Source of the DNA: Promethearchaeota archaeon
Lineage (GTDB): Archaea; Asgardarchaeota; Lokiarchaeia; Sigyniarchaeales; SOKP01
Direction: 5' to 3'
DNA length: 64,000 nt
NCBI GenBank assembly: GCA_019057795.1
Contig: JAHLWS010000031.1
Span: 1 to 64,000, forward strand
Position numbers and translations under genes: made by a program. Each line of letters starts with the position of its first letter. The stretch's first letter is position 1. Shown here in pieces: positions 20,057 to 30,106 of this stretch. The notes under the pieces were generated by a model. That model did no database searches. It saw nothing but the letters and a program-made list of their open reading frames with translations, and was not told where the DNA came from.

Positions 20057-21169
20057 TTATTGTCGCTCTTTTAGAGCCTTTGCATATCTCTCGTATTTCC
20101 TTTTGCCAAAACCAATTACTTTAGCTAGCATCTCTGACTTTTTGACGGATGTGTTAAATTCGTTTGGCTCTTTAATATAACCTTCTTTTAAAGCATTGTT
20201 GTAAATTTCTTCGCCAATTTTAGTTCTTATCACCGTCGTAGTGAATCCATCTTGCGACCCTAAACCCCCAAATGAGATGTCTGCATAAACATTGGAAAAG
20301 TCTCGGCAAGCGTAGCAAGCTGCTCTAGTAATTCCTCCCAATTCATTAAAACCGATGTGGATAGATTTCTGATTTTGAAGCGTTAATATTAAGTCTTCTT
20401 TGATATTCATTTTTTCAACTTCGCTAAACGAGAAGTTAAATTTTTCTTCCAATTCTTTTCGACCTTCAATATTGAAAGAAAAATTTAAATTGCAAAATAG
20501 CCCTAAAGTATATTTTATTATGTGTGCTGGCAAAATACTCAATTCTTGCATTTTCCTAATAGACATAATTTGGCAAGGGGTACCAACGACTGCAATGCTC
20601 ATCATATCCGAGCTAACGACTTTTTTTAATTTAGCTATTGTAGGAATGAAAGTATTATAGTTTTCTAAACCAACAACGCCTTGAGATAAATCAAAATGAG
20701 ATCCTGCGGCTTCAATTAATTCTTCTTTAGTTGTCGCAAAGAAGGGTACTCGGTTAAACGGTCCTTCCTTTTTAGAAACTATTGCCCCATTTATTAAATT
20801 ACGATCTAATAAATAACTGAGAATGGCAGTGACCGCACCTCCATCAGTCGCGTTCTTTAAAATCTCTTCCGAATTAGCTTTATTCGAAGTAATTTTCAAC
20901 CAATTACCTATGGATACTTTATATTCGTATCTTTCATTTAACTCCTTATCTAACACATGAGTTTGGGGGCAAATTAAATAACAGATACCACATTTTAAAC
21001 AATTATCTTTATTATAATACCTTGGAGGACCAGATTCAGACATCTCGATTGCTTTTATATCGTGTGCTGAGCAAAAACTTACGCATCCTCCACATTCTCC
21101 ACAGATTCCAAGTTCGTGAACATCTTTTATTAAATCATCAAAAGATTTTGGTAAAACTTCGTCAACCAT
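20057..21169 (-). CDS. Coenzyme F420 hydrogenase/dehydrogenase beta subunit (FrhB/FdhB family) with N-terminal ferredoxin
   Basis: Two CxxCxxCxxxC clusters, DGGAVTA, VGTPCQ, GLFC, CYACRDF, ADISFGG. Confidence 0.9.
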   Translation of the reverse strand: MVDEVLPKSFDDLIKDVHELGICGECGGCVSFCSAHDIKAIEMSESGPPRYYNKDNCLKCGICYLICPQTHVLDKELNERYEYKVSIGNWLKITSNKANSEEILKNATDGGAVTAILSYLLDRNLINGAIVSKKEGPFNRVPFFATTKEELIEAAGSHFDLSQGVVGLENYNTFIPTIAKLKKVVSSDMMSIAVVGTPCQIMSIRKMQELSILPAHIIKYTLGLFCNLNFSFNIEGRKELEEKFNFSFSEVEKMNIKEDLILTLQNQKSIHIGFNELGGITRAACYACRDFSNVYADISFGGLGSQDGFTTTVIRTKIGEEIYNNALKEGYIKEPNEFNTSVKKSEMLAKVIGFGKRKYERYAKALKERQ

Positions 21170-21223
21170 TTTTTAACCTACCTTTTTTTTATTTTTCTTT
21201 TTATTTGAAATTTATTTAATTTT

Positions 21224-22069
21224 TTAATATTCGGTTGGCAATTTTTTAAGCTCTGCCAAAGAAAAAACGGGACCATCGATACAGACGTATTTATTACCAA
21301 TATTGCATCTCCCACATTTTCCAACTCCACATTTCATCCTCATTTCTAATGAATTTAGTATCTGTTCGTCATTAAATTTTAATTCTTCTAGAACGGCTAT
21401 CGTCGTCTTAATCATGATTGGGGGGCCACACACTACAGCTATAGCGTTATCCGAAGAAGGGGCTACTTCTTTTACAATAGCGGCTACGAAACCTACTTTT
21501 TCTTTCCATCCCTCCTCTTCGCGGTCAATCGTTAAAACCACTTCGATATCGTCGTGTTTTTTCCATTCTTCTAAAACATTGCGGTACAAAACTTCGCTGG
21601 AGTCGCGATTTCCATAAATCACTATGATCTTCTTGTAATCCTTTCTGTGCTTTTCGTTTAAAAAGTAAATTACGAGGGATCTTAAAGTTGAAAACGCGAA
21701 TCCCCCACCAATAACCACAATATCCTTACCCTTCATTTCTTCAATAGGCCATCCGTTTCCAAAAGGTCCTCTTACGCCTACAACATCTCCAATATTACAG
21801 TTGTGAAATTCCGATGTTACGGTTCCCATCTTTTTTATAGTAAATTTAATCGAGCCTTCTTCAGTAGGAGATGAAGCAATTCCTATAGGCGCTTCACCCT
21901 TTCCTATTAAACTTATTTCAGCGAATTGACCAGGAATATAATTGAAATTACTATAATCTTCTTCTTTCTTAAATTCTAATTCAAGAGTTTTTATGTCATT
22001 AACTTTGTTTTCAGAAACAATATTTTTTACAGTGGTTAACATTGGGATATAAAGATTAGGCACTTGCAT
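21224..22069 (-). CDS. flxA: FAD/NAD-binding 2Fe-2S oxidoreductase (FlxA/AsrB-like)
   Basis: PGQF, RGPFGNG, CGPPIM, MKCGVGKCGRC...C.DGPVF. Confidence 0.85.
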   Translation of the reverse strand: MQVPNLYIPMLTTVKNIVSENKVNDIKTLELEFKKEEDYSNFNYIPGQFAEISLIGKGEAPIGIASSPTEEGSIKFTIKKMGTVTSEFHNCNIGDVVGVRGPFGNGWPIEEMKGKDIVVIGGGFAFSTLRSLVIYFLNEKHRKDYKKIIVIYGNRDSSEVLYRNVLEEWKKHDDIEVVLTIDREEEGWKEKVGFVAAIVKEVAPSSDNAIAVVCGPPIMIKTTIAVLEELKFNDEQILNSLEMRMKCGVGKCGRCNIGNKYVCIDGPVFSLAELKKLPTEY

Positions 22070-23117
22070 TCTCCTCCTCTTTTATTTTTATATTATTTAT
22101 TTTATTAATTATTGTTCTGAGATCGTTATTAACTGGGCATACTTGGATACATCGGCCACACCCCACACATCCAATTATATCGTAATTCAAGGGGTAATAA
22201 CTAAATTTGTGTAATATACGATTTCGGCATCGCTCAATATTACTATTGCGGGGATTGTGACCGCTCGTATGAAGCGTATAAAGGCAGAATTGGCAAGTGT
22301 CCCAGATTCTTATTCGTCTGCCACGATTCTCGTATTGATCATTCTCATCGATAACATCAAAACAAGTGCATGTAGGGCATAAAAATGAACACGATCCACA
22401 CCCTAAACAATTTTCGCTAATCTCTTCCCAAATTTCGTTGCCAAAATTACTTTCTAAAATCTCACTCGTGTTAGTTAGATCTAGTTTGGTGGTTATTAAC
22501 TCTTCTGCGTTCTTTGCTAATTCTTGTGCTTTTTTTATATCTGCTTCAGAAGCTTTTGAAAGCCATGACAATTGTTGAATTAAGTTATTACCCTTATCAC
22601 TTATACCTTCTACTAAATATTTATCGCCTAAATCTACTAAAAAGATATCCATATCATCTTTTTGGAAGGGATGTCCTTCAATCGATGTACAAAAACATGT
22701 GCTTTTTGGAGAATTACAACCAATTCCTATTATTAAGCTATTTTCTCTTTTTTTTAAGAATATCTCATCTTGGAAATCCCCAAAAGCAAAGAATTTTTCT
22801 AACAGATCAAAACTATGAGCATCGCACGGTCTTATACCGAAAAGAATATTTTTTTCGTCTAAATCTTTTCTATCTTCAATTTCTGTAACATTTTTACCAT
22901 CAGTTTTAAATTCAAAAAGAACTTCCATCTGTGGAAATAAAATTTCTTTTGGCGGAATTTTAGAATTGAAATAATTTAATTCAATTTCTTCCGGGTTTGA
23001 AATTTTTCTATAAGCAATATAACCTTTTTCTTTGACGGGAGCAAAGAAATTATATTCTCCTGATAACTCATTATATAAATTTGCGACCTGCTCTTTCATT
23101 AAAATCATTAATTCCAT
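22056..23117 (-). CDS. flxB: 4Fe-4S dicluster protein (FlxB/AsrA-like)
   Basis: GIRPCD, TCFC, CLGCGSCSFLCPTCTCF, CVGCGRCIQVCP. Confidence 0.83.
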   Translation of the reverse strand: MELMILMKEQVANLYNELSGEYNFFAPVKEKGYIAYRKISNPEEIELNYFNSKIPPKEILFPQMEVLFEFKTDGKNVTEIEDRKDLDEKNILFGIRPCDAHSFDLLEKFFAFGDFQDEIFLKKRENSLIIGIGCNSPKSTCFCTSIEGHPFQKDDMDIFLVDLGDKYLVEGISDKGNNLIQQLSWLSKASEADIKKAQELAKNAEELITTKLDLTNTSEILESNFGNEIWEEISENCLGCGSCSFLCPTCTCFDVIDENDQYENRGRRIRIWDTCQFCLYTLHTSGHNPRNSNIERCRNRILHKFSYYPLNYDIIGCVGCGRCIQVCPVNNDLRTIINKINNIKIKEEENASA

Positions 23118-23133
23118 TTTCTCACCACCTATA

Positions 23134-24147
23134 TTAATCCTCTTCCATCATAAATTCTTCTTTATCATCCATACTAAACGACATCATTGGAGGTACCGTT
23201 TCTTTATCCATACCTGAAGTAAAGTTATATCTTTCTTTTACAATTTTCTCTAATTTTCTTGTTATTAAATTCAAATCTATACCCATGGGGCAAACGCTAC
23301 TACAAGCGCCACAAGCAACACATCTACCCGCTAAGTGCATAGCTCGATTAAAATGAAAAGCAAAAATATCTGTAAAATCAGTTGTTTTTCCAAACCAAAT
23401 GGGTTTATTTTGGTCCACGAAACACAGATTGCAATAACACATCGGACAAACTTCTCTACACGCATAACATCTCGTACAAGCGCTTAAAGTATCTTTAATA
23501 TATGCCCATTTTTCTTCAGAAGTTTTGGATTCAAAATCAGAAATATCGTTAAAATCATCTTCAACAACGGGATTTTCTAAGCATTCTCCTACACATGAAC
23601 CATCCACATTAGGAGGGGATTTAACTTTACAAACTTTACATAATTCATTCATATATTCGTCGAAAGGACATGTTTCTTCAAAATCTCTTCCCTTTACGAT
23701 AATATTATTACCCAAAATAGAGGTTTCTAATATTTCTCTTTCTCCTATTTCCTTCTCAATTCTTTTTCTATTTATTATTCCATTACAGGAAATTCCTATC
23801 ATTTTAATATTTTCAAAATTAATTTGATTCTCGACGGCTAAATGAATTAATGCTCTTCCAACGCAACCTTTTGCGACAATACCAACTTTCAATTTTTGAC
23901 CCTCTTCGTCGTACAGTGTAGGAATTCTAGGAGCTAAATAATTAGCTAAATTTACATAACATAAATTATTCCACACCAATTTATCCACATCTTCTTCATT
24001 CGTAATGAAAACTGGAGAAGAGCTTAAGGGGACCGTTCCCTTTGTATAACCGATAATAACATCAACTTCCTTTTCTCTAAGCAAATTCCTTGCTAATTCT
24101 TTAATCTTATTTTCGATGTCTTGGTTTTCTGATTCAATATCTCCCAT
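23134..24147 (-). CDS. flxC: 4Fe-4S dicluster protein (FlxC-like)
   Basis: CTRCYACREVCPMCYC, HLAGRCVACGACSSVCP. Confidence 0.8.
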   Translation of the reverse strand: MGDIESENQDIENKIKELARNLLREKEVDVIIGYTKGTVPLSSSPVFITNEEDVDKLVWNNLCYVNLANYLAPRIPTLYDEEGQKLKVGIVAKGCVGRALIHLAVENQINFENIKMIGISCNGIINRKRIEKEIGEREILETSILGNNIIVKGRDFEETCPFDEYMNELCKVCKVKSPPNVDGSCVGECLENPVVEDDFNDISDFESKTSEEKWAYIKDTLSACTRCYACREVCPMCYCNLCFVDQNKPIWFGKTTDFTDIFAFHFNRAMHLAGRCVACGACSSVCPMGIDLNLITRKLEKIVKERYNFTSGMDKETVPPMMSFSMDDKEEFMMEED

Positions 24148-24152
24148 TTTTA

Positions 24153-24614
24153 TCACCATTTTTTCTCAAATTTTTTATTTGGTCCCAGTTTTTTAACCAA
24201 CTTGGTGGTTTTTCTTATCAAAACAGCAAAACGTTCACCTTCAGCAGCAGAAGCCCACATAAAATTAACTCTATCTGGTTCAATTCCAAAGAATTCTAAT
24301 AGATCCTTTAAAATTCCAAACCTTCTTCTAGCTACTAAATTTCCTGTTAAATAATGACAATCTCCGGGATGGCATCCAGAAACCAGAACTCCATCCCATC
24401 CATCTAATAAAGCTTTTACTATAAAATAAGGATTTATTCTACCTGAACATGGAACTCTAACTACTCTAATATTTGGAGGGTATTGAATTCTACTCACTCC
24501 TGCTAGATCAGCTCCTGCATAGGAACACCAATTGCATAAAAATGCTAATATCTTAGGTTCCCAATCATCATTAATTTCTTTCACTTGTTCTGTTTCACTC
24601 GTAATTTCGTTCAT
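24153..24614 (-). CDS. mvhD: MvhD/FlxD 2Fe-2S subunit
   Basis: FLCNWCSYAGADLAG, VPCSGR, GCHPGDCHY. Confidence 0.93.
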   Translation of the reverse strand: MNEITSETEQVKEINDDWEPKILAFLCNWCSYAGADLAGVSRIQYPPNIRVVRVPCSGRINPYFIVKALLDGWDGVLVSGCHPGDCHYLTGNLVARRRFGILKDLLEFFGIEPDRVNFMWASAAEGERFAVLIRKTTKLVKKLGPNKKFEKKW

Positions 24615-24618
24615 TTTA

Positions 24619-27600
24619 TTAATTCCTCCCAGTTATCATTGCAAATATTTGTTCACCTGTAAAGCCGCGAATGTCAATGGCAGCACACCTGCAGTTACCT
24701 GCACATGCCCCACATCCTTTACAGAGTACTGAATTTATATATGCAACTCTACCGAATCGCCTATCATCGATTAATTCAATAGCGTTATAGGCGCAATTAT
24801 CAATACACATTCCACACCCAGTACAACGAGCCATGTCTATCTCTCCGATTTTACCTTCAACTTCGATCTCATCTTTAGAGAGAATTGTACAAGCCCTTGC
24901 AACGGCTGCGTTAGCTTGAGCAATAGAATCCTCAATTGTTTTTGGACAATGTGCTAATCCTGCCACAAATACGCCTTCTGTAGCGAAATCTACTGGACGT
25001 AGTTTAACATGGGCTTCTAAAAAGAAATTATCGTTGTTTAACGGAACTTTTAGCATCATTGCTAAACTCTCGTTATCCTCGCGTTTTGCTATAATACCCG
25101 CACTTAAAACTAAAAGATCGGATTCAATTGTAATTTCTCCCATCTTCTGAGTCTTTAATTTAACTTTTAATACTGAACCTTCTGAAATTATTTCTGGAGG
25201 TTCATTTTCTTCGTATTTAATGAATATTACTCCTTTTTCTCGCGCCTCTCGATAATACTTTTCTTTAAACCCATATGTTCTTATATCCCTAAATAAAACT
25301 ACAACTTCAACGTTTGGATTTTTCCGTTTTGCCAAAAGAGCGTTTTTTATCGCTTCAGCACAACACATTTTACTGCAATAGGGATGGTCGTCGTTTCTAG
25401 AACCAACACACTGGATCATAACTACTGATTTTTTATCGTTAATATCATTAGAAGTGTTTAATAATTTTTCAAATTCTGATTGTAGAATTACTTTGTTATT
25501 CTGACCGTATAAATACTCTGTAGGCAGATGTTCTTTAGCTCCCGTGGCTACAATCACCACTCCGTGCTCAAACTCTGCTTTCTCTTTCTTCGAGCCGTGG
25601 ATAACTGTAGTTTTAAAATTTCCAATATAACCATCAATAATTTCGATTTCTGCTTGAGTAAAAACACGGATTAATTTGTTTGAATTGATTTTTTCAATTA
25701 AATCTGATATAAATTCTTGAACATTGCCACCTTCAAGCGTGTTATATATATGTCGAGCAAATCCCCCTAATTCTTTTTGTTTTTCAACTAAAAACGTTTC
25801 ATATCCTTGCGTTGCAAAATTAAGTGCAGCAACCATTCCACTAATTCCCCCGCCAACAATTAGAGTCTTTTGAGTTACTGGTAATTTTATCCTTTCGATA
25901 GCCTCAATATTTCTTGCTTTATTTACAGCCATCCTCACAAGGTCCTTCGCCTTTTCGGTTGCTTTGTCCCACTCGTTCATGTGAACCCAAGAACATTGAT
26001 CTCTGATATTTGCCATTTGAAATAAATATCTGTTTAAACCTGCTTCTCTAATTGTTTCTTGAAACAACGGTTCGTGAGTTCTTGGCGTACAAGAAGCAAC
26101 AACAACGCGGTTAAGGTGATATTCCTTTATTATATCTTTTATTATTGTCTGAGTATCTGCGGAACATGTATATAAATTATTATCAGCTAAAACTACATTT
26201 GGAAGATTACTTGCATATTTGGTAACTTCCGGTACATCTAAAAAGCCCCCTATGTTGATTCCACAGTAACAGATAAACACACCAATTCTGGGTGGTTGAC
26301 CTCTTACAAATATCTCTGGAGGAAGCGTTTTTTCTGTTATTAATGTACCTTTCTTTTCGTATAAAAGTTGATTAACGCAACCAGCAGCAGCGCTAGCTTG
26401 CGTAACTGTATCTGGAATGTCTTTAGGTGAAGAAAAAGCTCCACAAGCAAATATTCCCGGTTTTGATGTTTGTACCGGGTTAAAAACATCTGTCATAGCA
26501 AAATCATATTCATTTAATTCTATGCCGAACTTCTCTGCAAGAAATTTAGCGTCGTTAGGAGGATTTAAACCAACAGCAAGGACTACCATGTGATAATCTT
26601 CTTCTACTATTGTACCATCTTCCGTTTCATATTTAATTCTTAAGTCTTTCGTTTCTTGTACTTCGGTTATTGAAGATACACGGCTTCTAATATAGCGAAC
26701 TCCATATTGTTCTTGTGCCCGAATAATGTATTTATCAAAATCTTTACCATATGCCCTTACATCCATGCTAAAAATCGTTGGTTTTATTTGATGCATGTGT
26801 TCATGGGCAATTACTGCTTCTTTCGCAGTATACATACAACATACTGACGAACAATAGGGCTTTCCTTTACCTGTATAATCACGAGAGCCTATACATTGAA
26901 GGAATGCTACTTTTTCTGGGACATCTCCGTCCGAGGGTCGTAATACTCTCCCCGCGTAAGGACCACTAGCACTTAAAATTCTTTCAAACTCTATGCTCGT
27001 AACTACATTCTTATACTTTCCATATCCATAAAGATTACCTTCTGATGGAACGTATTCGTCAAATCCCGGAGCCAATATTATTGCACCAACATTAATTTCG
27101 ATGTTCTCGTCTTTTCTATCGTATTCTATGGCTTTTGCTTTGCAGACTCCTTGACATATTCCACAACCAATACAATAATTTTTATCAATAGCAAATACGA
27201 GAGGTACCGCTTGAGGATATTTAACTGATGTTGCTGCGTATTTCGCTAAACCTTCGTTAAATACATCAATCGCTTCAACAGGACACTCGCGACCACACAC
27301 TCCACAGCCAGTGCATTTTTCAGGGTTTATATATAACGTTTTTTTTAGTACTTTAATTGTAAAATTTCCAGCTTCTCCTATAACCTCTTGAATTTCACAA
27401 TTAATACTTAAATCTATGTTCTGGTGTCGCCCGGTTTCAACTAACTTAGGACTTACAATACACATCGCACAATCGTTCGTAGGAAATGTTTTATCCAGCT
27501 GTGCCATTACACCACCAATGCTCGTCGTGGATTCAATCAAATAAACTTTATATCCCGAATCTGCTAAGTCTAATGCCGCTTGCGAACCTCCAATTCCAGC

Positions 27601-27633
27601 GCCCACAACCATTACTGCCCCAATCTTTTCCAT
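24619..27633 (-). CDS. hdrA: Large HdrA-like protein with two FAD modules
   Basis: GAGIGG, DKTFPTNDC, CIGSRD/CSSVCC, SCTPRTHE, second GGGISG, EAHVKLRP, C-terminal ferredoxin. Confidence 0.93.
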   Translation of the reverse strand: MEKIGAVMVVGAGIGGSQAALDLADSGYKVYLIESTTSIGGVMAQLDKTFPTNDCAMCIVSPKLVETGRHQNIDLSINCEIQEVIGEAGNFTIKVLKKTLYINPEKCTGCGVCGRECPVEAIDVFNEGLAKYAATSVKYPQAVPLVFAIDKNYCIGCGICQGVCKAKAIEYDRKDENIEINVGAIILAPGFDEYVPSEGNLYGYGKYKNVVTSIEFERILSASGPYAGRVLRPSDGDVPEKVAFLQCIGSRDYTGKGKPYCSSVCCMYTAKEAVIAHEHMHQIKPTIFSMDVRAYGKDFDKYIIRAQEQYGVRYIRSRVSSITEVQETKDLRIKYETEDGTIVEEDYHMVVLAVGLNPPNDAKFLAEKFGIELNEYDFAMTDVFNPVQTSKPGIFACGAFSSPKDIPDTVTQASAAAGCVNQLLYEKKGTLITEKTLPPEIFVRGQPPRIGVFICYCGINIGGFLDVPEVTKYASNLPNVVLADNNLYTCSADTQTIIKDIIKEYHLNRVVVASCTPRTHEPLFQETIREAGLNRYLFQMANIRDQCSWVHMNEWDKATEKAKDLVRMAVNKARNIEAIERIKLPVTQKTLIVGGGISGMVAALNFATQGYETFLVEKQKELGGFARHIYNTLEGGNVQEFISDLIEKINSNKLIRVFTQAEIEIIDGYIGNFKTTVIHGSKKEKAEFEHGVVIVATGAKEHLPTEYLYGQNNKVILQSEFEKLLNTSNDINDKKSVVMIQCVGSRNDDHPYCSKMCCAEAIKNALLAKRKNPNVEVVVLFRDIRTYGFKEKYYREAREKGVIFIKYEENEPPEIISEGSVLKVKLKTQKMGEITIESDLLVLSAGIIAKREDNESLAMMLKVPLNNDNFFLEAHVKLRPVDFATEGVFVAGLAHCPKTIEDSIAQANAAVARACTILSKDEIEVEGKIGEIDMARCTGCGMCIDNCAYNAIELIDDRRFGRVAYINSVLCKGCGACAGNCRCAAIDIRGFTGEQIFAMITGRN

Positions 27634-27637
27634 AATC

Positions 27638-28408
27638 TTATCTCACCCATAACCTCATAAATATTGGTGTATTTCCTTTAATCTCTTGAAAGTCAACTTG
27701 ACCGCGAGTTTTTAAAGTTAATACATGCTCTAAAACTATACTCGGATCAATTTCTAACTCGACCGCTAAATCTTTTACAGAATTCGAATCTTTTTCTAAA
27801 GCAAGTAAAACTCGGTGCCGCTCAAATTCATCTTGTATTGCTTTATCCATTAAAATGTTAAACCTCTGCTCAATGATTTGTTCCCCATAGACATTTTCAC
27901 TTTCAAGTAGTGTTTTCTCTCTTCCTACTAATGCTCGCATCCTATTACTACCCGCGGCCAATTTCATTGCTTTAAGCTTATCGCCTATATATTCGTCGGG
28001 TTTCCCTCCACTTAGGGGTGAGGGACCTAACTCTTTAATTTGATTAATGAATTCGGTTACAACCTCACCAAACCTAATACCTTCCGAAGCAGAAACCCAA
28101 TCTAATCTCACTCTTTTATCAAAGTTAATATATTTAAGAAATTTTTGGGTCATATCAAATTTAGTTATTGCTTCGTAATTTCCTTCAAGATAATGGCAAT
28201 CTCCGGGGTGACATCCCATTACAAATACTCCATCGATTCCTAATTCAAAAGCGTGAAAAATAAATTTAGGGTCAACTCGACCGCTACACATGACTCTAAT
28301 TACTCGCATATTCGTGGGGTATTGAATTCTGCTAACGCCTGCTAAATCGGCACCGGCATAGGAGCACCAATTACATAAAAAACCTAAAATTTTGGGTTCA
28401 AAACTCAT
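27638..28408 (-). CDS. mvhD: MvhD-like protein with C-terminal helical/winged-helix extension
   Basis: FLCNWCSYAGADLAG, GCHPGDCHY plus about 125 extra residues. Confidence 0.88.
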   Translation of the reverse strand: MSFEPKILGFLCNWCSYAGADLAGVSRIQYPTNMRVIRVMCSGRVDPKFIFHAFELGIDGVFVMGCHPGDCHYLEGNYEAITKFDMTQKFLKYINFDKRVRLDWVSASEGIRFGEVVTEFINQIKELGPSPLSGGKPDEYIGDKLKAMKLAAGSNRMRALVGREKTLLESENVYGEQIIEQRFNILMDKAIQDEFERHRVLLALEKDSNSVKDLAVELEIDPSIVLEHVLTLKTRGQVDFQEIKGNTPIFMRLWVR

Positions 28409-28410
28409 CT

Positions 28411-30102
28411 TTATTGCCCTCCAAAAGCTTCAATTTCAGAAAAAATTTGATCATCTGTAAAATGTTTTATCACAATTGCTTGATTCGTACAAGTTGCACC
28501 ACACACTCCGCATCCTTTACATAATGCTTCTATAATTTCAATCTCATCATTTTCATTTTTGATAATTGCATTAAAAGGACAAACTTTGATACATATTTCG
28601 CAACCACTACACAAACTTTTATTATATTCGGGTAAACTTGATGTTGCTCCTTCTACTTCGAGCGATTCATGAGACAAAACTCTGCTTGCCCTAGCCGCAG
28701 CAGCATATCCTTGAGTAATAGCTTCTGTTATATCTACAGGCCATTTAGCCGAACCACCAATATAGATCCCATCTGTGGCAAAATCGTTAGGACGTAGTTT
28801 TACATGTGCCTCCAAAAAGAATTTGTTAGCTTCTAAAGGGACCTTTAGCATTTGAGCAAGTTCTTTATTATCGTTATTCGCAACTAACGGTGTTGATAAC
28901 ACAAGTAAATCATATGGAAGGATCAATTCTTCCCCCATATATTCGTTAAATACTTTTACATGGTCTTCTTCTACAGTTGGTATTTTATCAAGATTGTATT
29001 TAATAAAGAGTACGCCTTGTTCCCTTGCGTCTCTATAATATTTCTCGTAATCTGTTCCAGGAGTATATAAATCTCTAAATAAGATCGTAATATTTGCTTC
29101 AGGATTTTTCTCTTTAATAATTAAAGCATTTTTTAAAGCCGTCATGCAACAAACGCTTGAACAGTATGGGCGTTCGTCAATTCGAGAACCTACGCACTGT
29201 ATCATTACAAAATTATTTGCTTTTACAACGTTATTTATAAATTTATTCTCTAATTCAAATTGCGTGATTCTTGTTTTACCGTCGTACCCATATAAATCGG
29301 TAGGCGTAAAAAGTGAAGAACCTACAGCAACTATTATAGCACCTACGGACAATTCAATCTTCTTTCCGTTTTGTTCTACTTCTACCTCGAAATTACCTAC
29401 AAATCCATCAATATTTTTAACTATGGTAGATGTTAAAATTTGCAAATTTTGAGCATTTTGAACATTATTTTTAATTTTACCTAAAAAATCTGAAGCGTCT
29501 AATTGATGAGGAAAGAGTTTATGTAACGAATTTAACCTTCCTCCTAATTTATCTTCTTTTTCAATTAAATAGGTTTGAAATCCTTGTCTGCTTAAATTAA
29601 GCGCCGCACTCATTCCAGCGACACCTCCGCCAATTACTAAAGCGGACGGATTAACGCTTACCATGACTATATCGAGTGCTTCAAGTTTTACGGCTTTAGC
29701 AGTTCCCATCCTAATTAAATCTTGAGCTTTTTTATAAGCTTCCTCGGGCTGCTTTTGATGTACCCAAGTACATTGATCACGAATATTAACAAAGTTAAAG
29801 AGATATTTGTTTAAGCCTGCTTCGGAAACACAATCTCGGAATAAGGGCTCGTGAGTTCTTGGCGTACAAGATGCTACAACAACGCGATTTAAATTATGTT
29901 CTTCGATTGCCGCCTTAATACTCGCTAAACCGTTTTCTGAACAAGTATATAGGTTATCCTCTGCATAGGTAACATTTGGAAGACTTTTTGCTTCTTCAGC
30001 TAAAGTCTTGCAGTCTATCAAACCACCTATATTAGAACCACAATGACATACAAATACTCCCACCCTTACGTCTTCAATATCTTTCTTTTCTTCTTCAGAC
30101 AT
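28411..30102 (-). CDS. hdrA: HdrA-like protein (corresponds to the C-terminal half of the 1004-aa HdrA)
   Basis: VGVFVCHCGSNI, SCTPRTHE, GGGVAG, CVGSR/CSSVCC, EAHVKLRP. Confidence 0.9.
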   Translation of the reverse strand: MSEEEKKDIEDVRVGVFVCHCGSNIGGLIDCKTLAEEAKSLPNVTYAEDNLYTCSENGLASIKAAIEEHNLNRVVVASCTPRTHEPLFRDCVSEAGLNKYLFNFVNIRDQCTWVHQKQPEEAYKKAQDLIRMGTAKAVKLEALDIVMVSVNPSALVIGGGVAGMSAALNLSRQGFQTYLIEKEDKLGGRLNSLHKLFPHQLDASDFLGKIKNNVQNAQNLQILTSTIVKNIDGFVGNFEVEVEQNGKKIELSVGAIIVAVGSSLFTPTDLYGYDGKTRITQFELENKFINNVVKANNFVMIQCVGSRIDERPYCSSVCCMTALKNALIIKEKNPEANITILFRDLYTPGTDYEKYYRDAREQGVLFIKYNLDKIPTVEEDHVKVFNEYMGEELILPYDLLVLSTPLVANNDNKELAQMLKVPLEANKFFLEAHVKLRPNDFATDGIYIGGSAKWPVDITEAITQGYAAAARASRVLSHESLEVEGATSSLPEYNKSLCSGCEICIKVCPFNAIIKNENDEIEIIEALCKGCGVCGATCTNQAIVIKHFTDDQIFSEIEAFGGQ

Positions 30103-30106
30103 TTTT

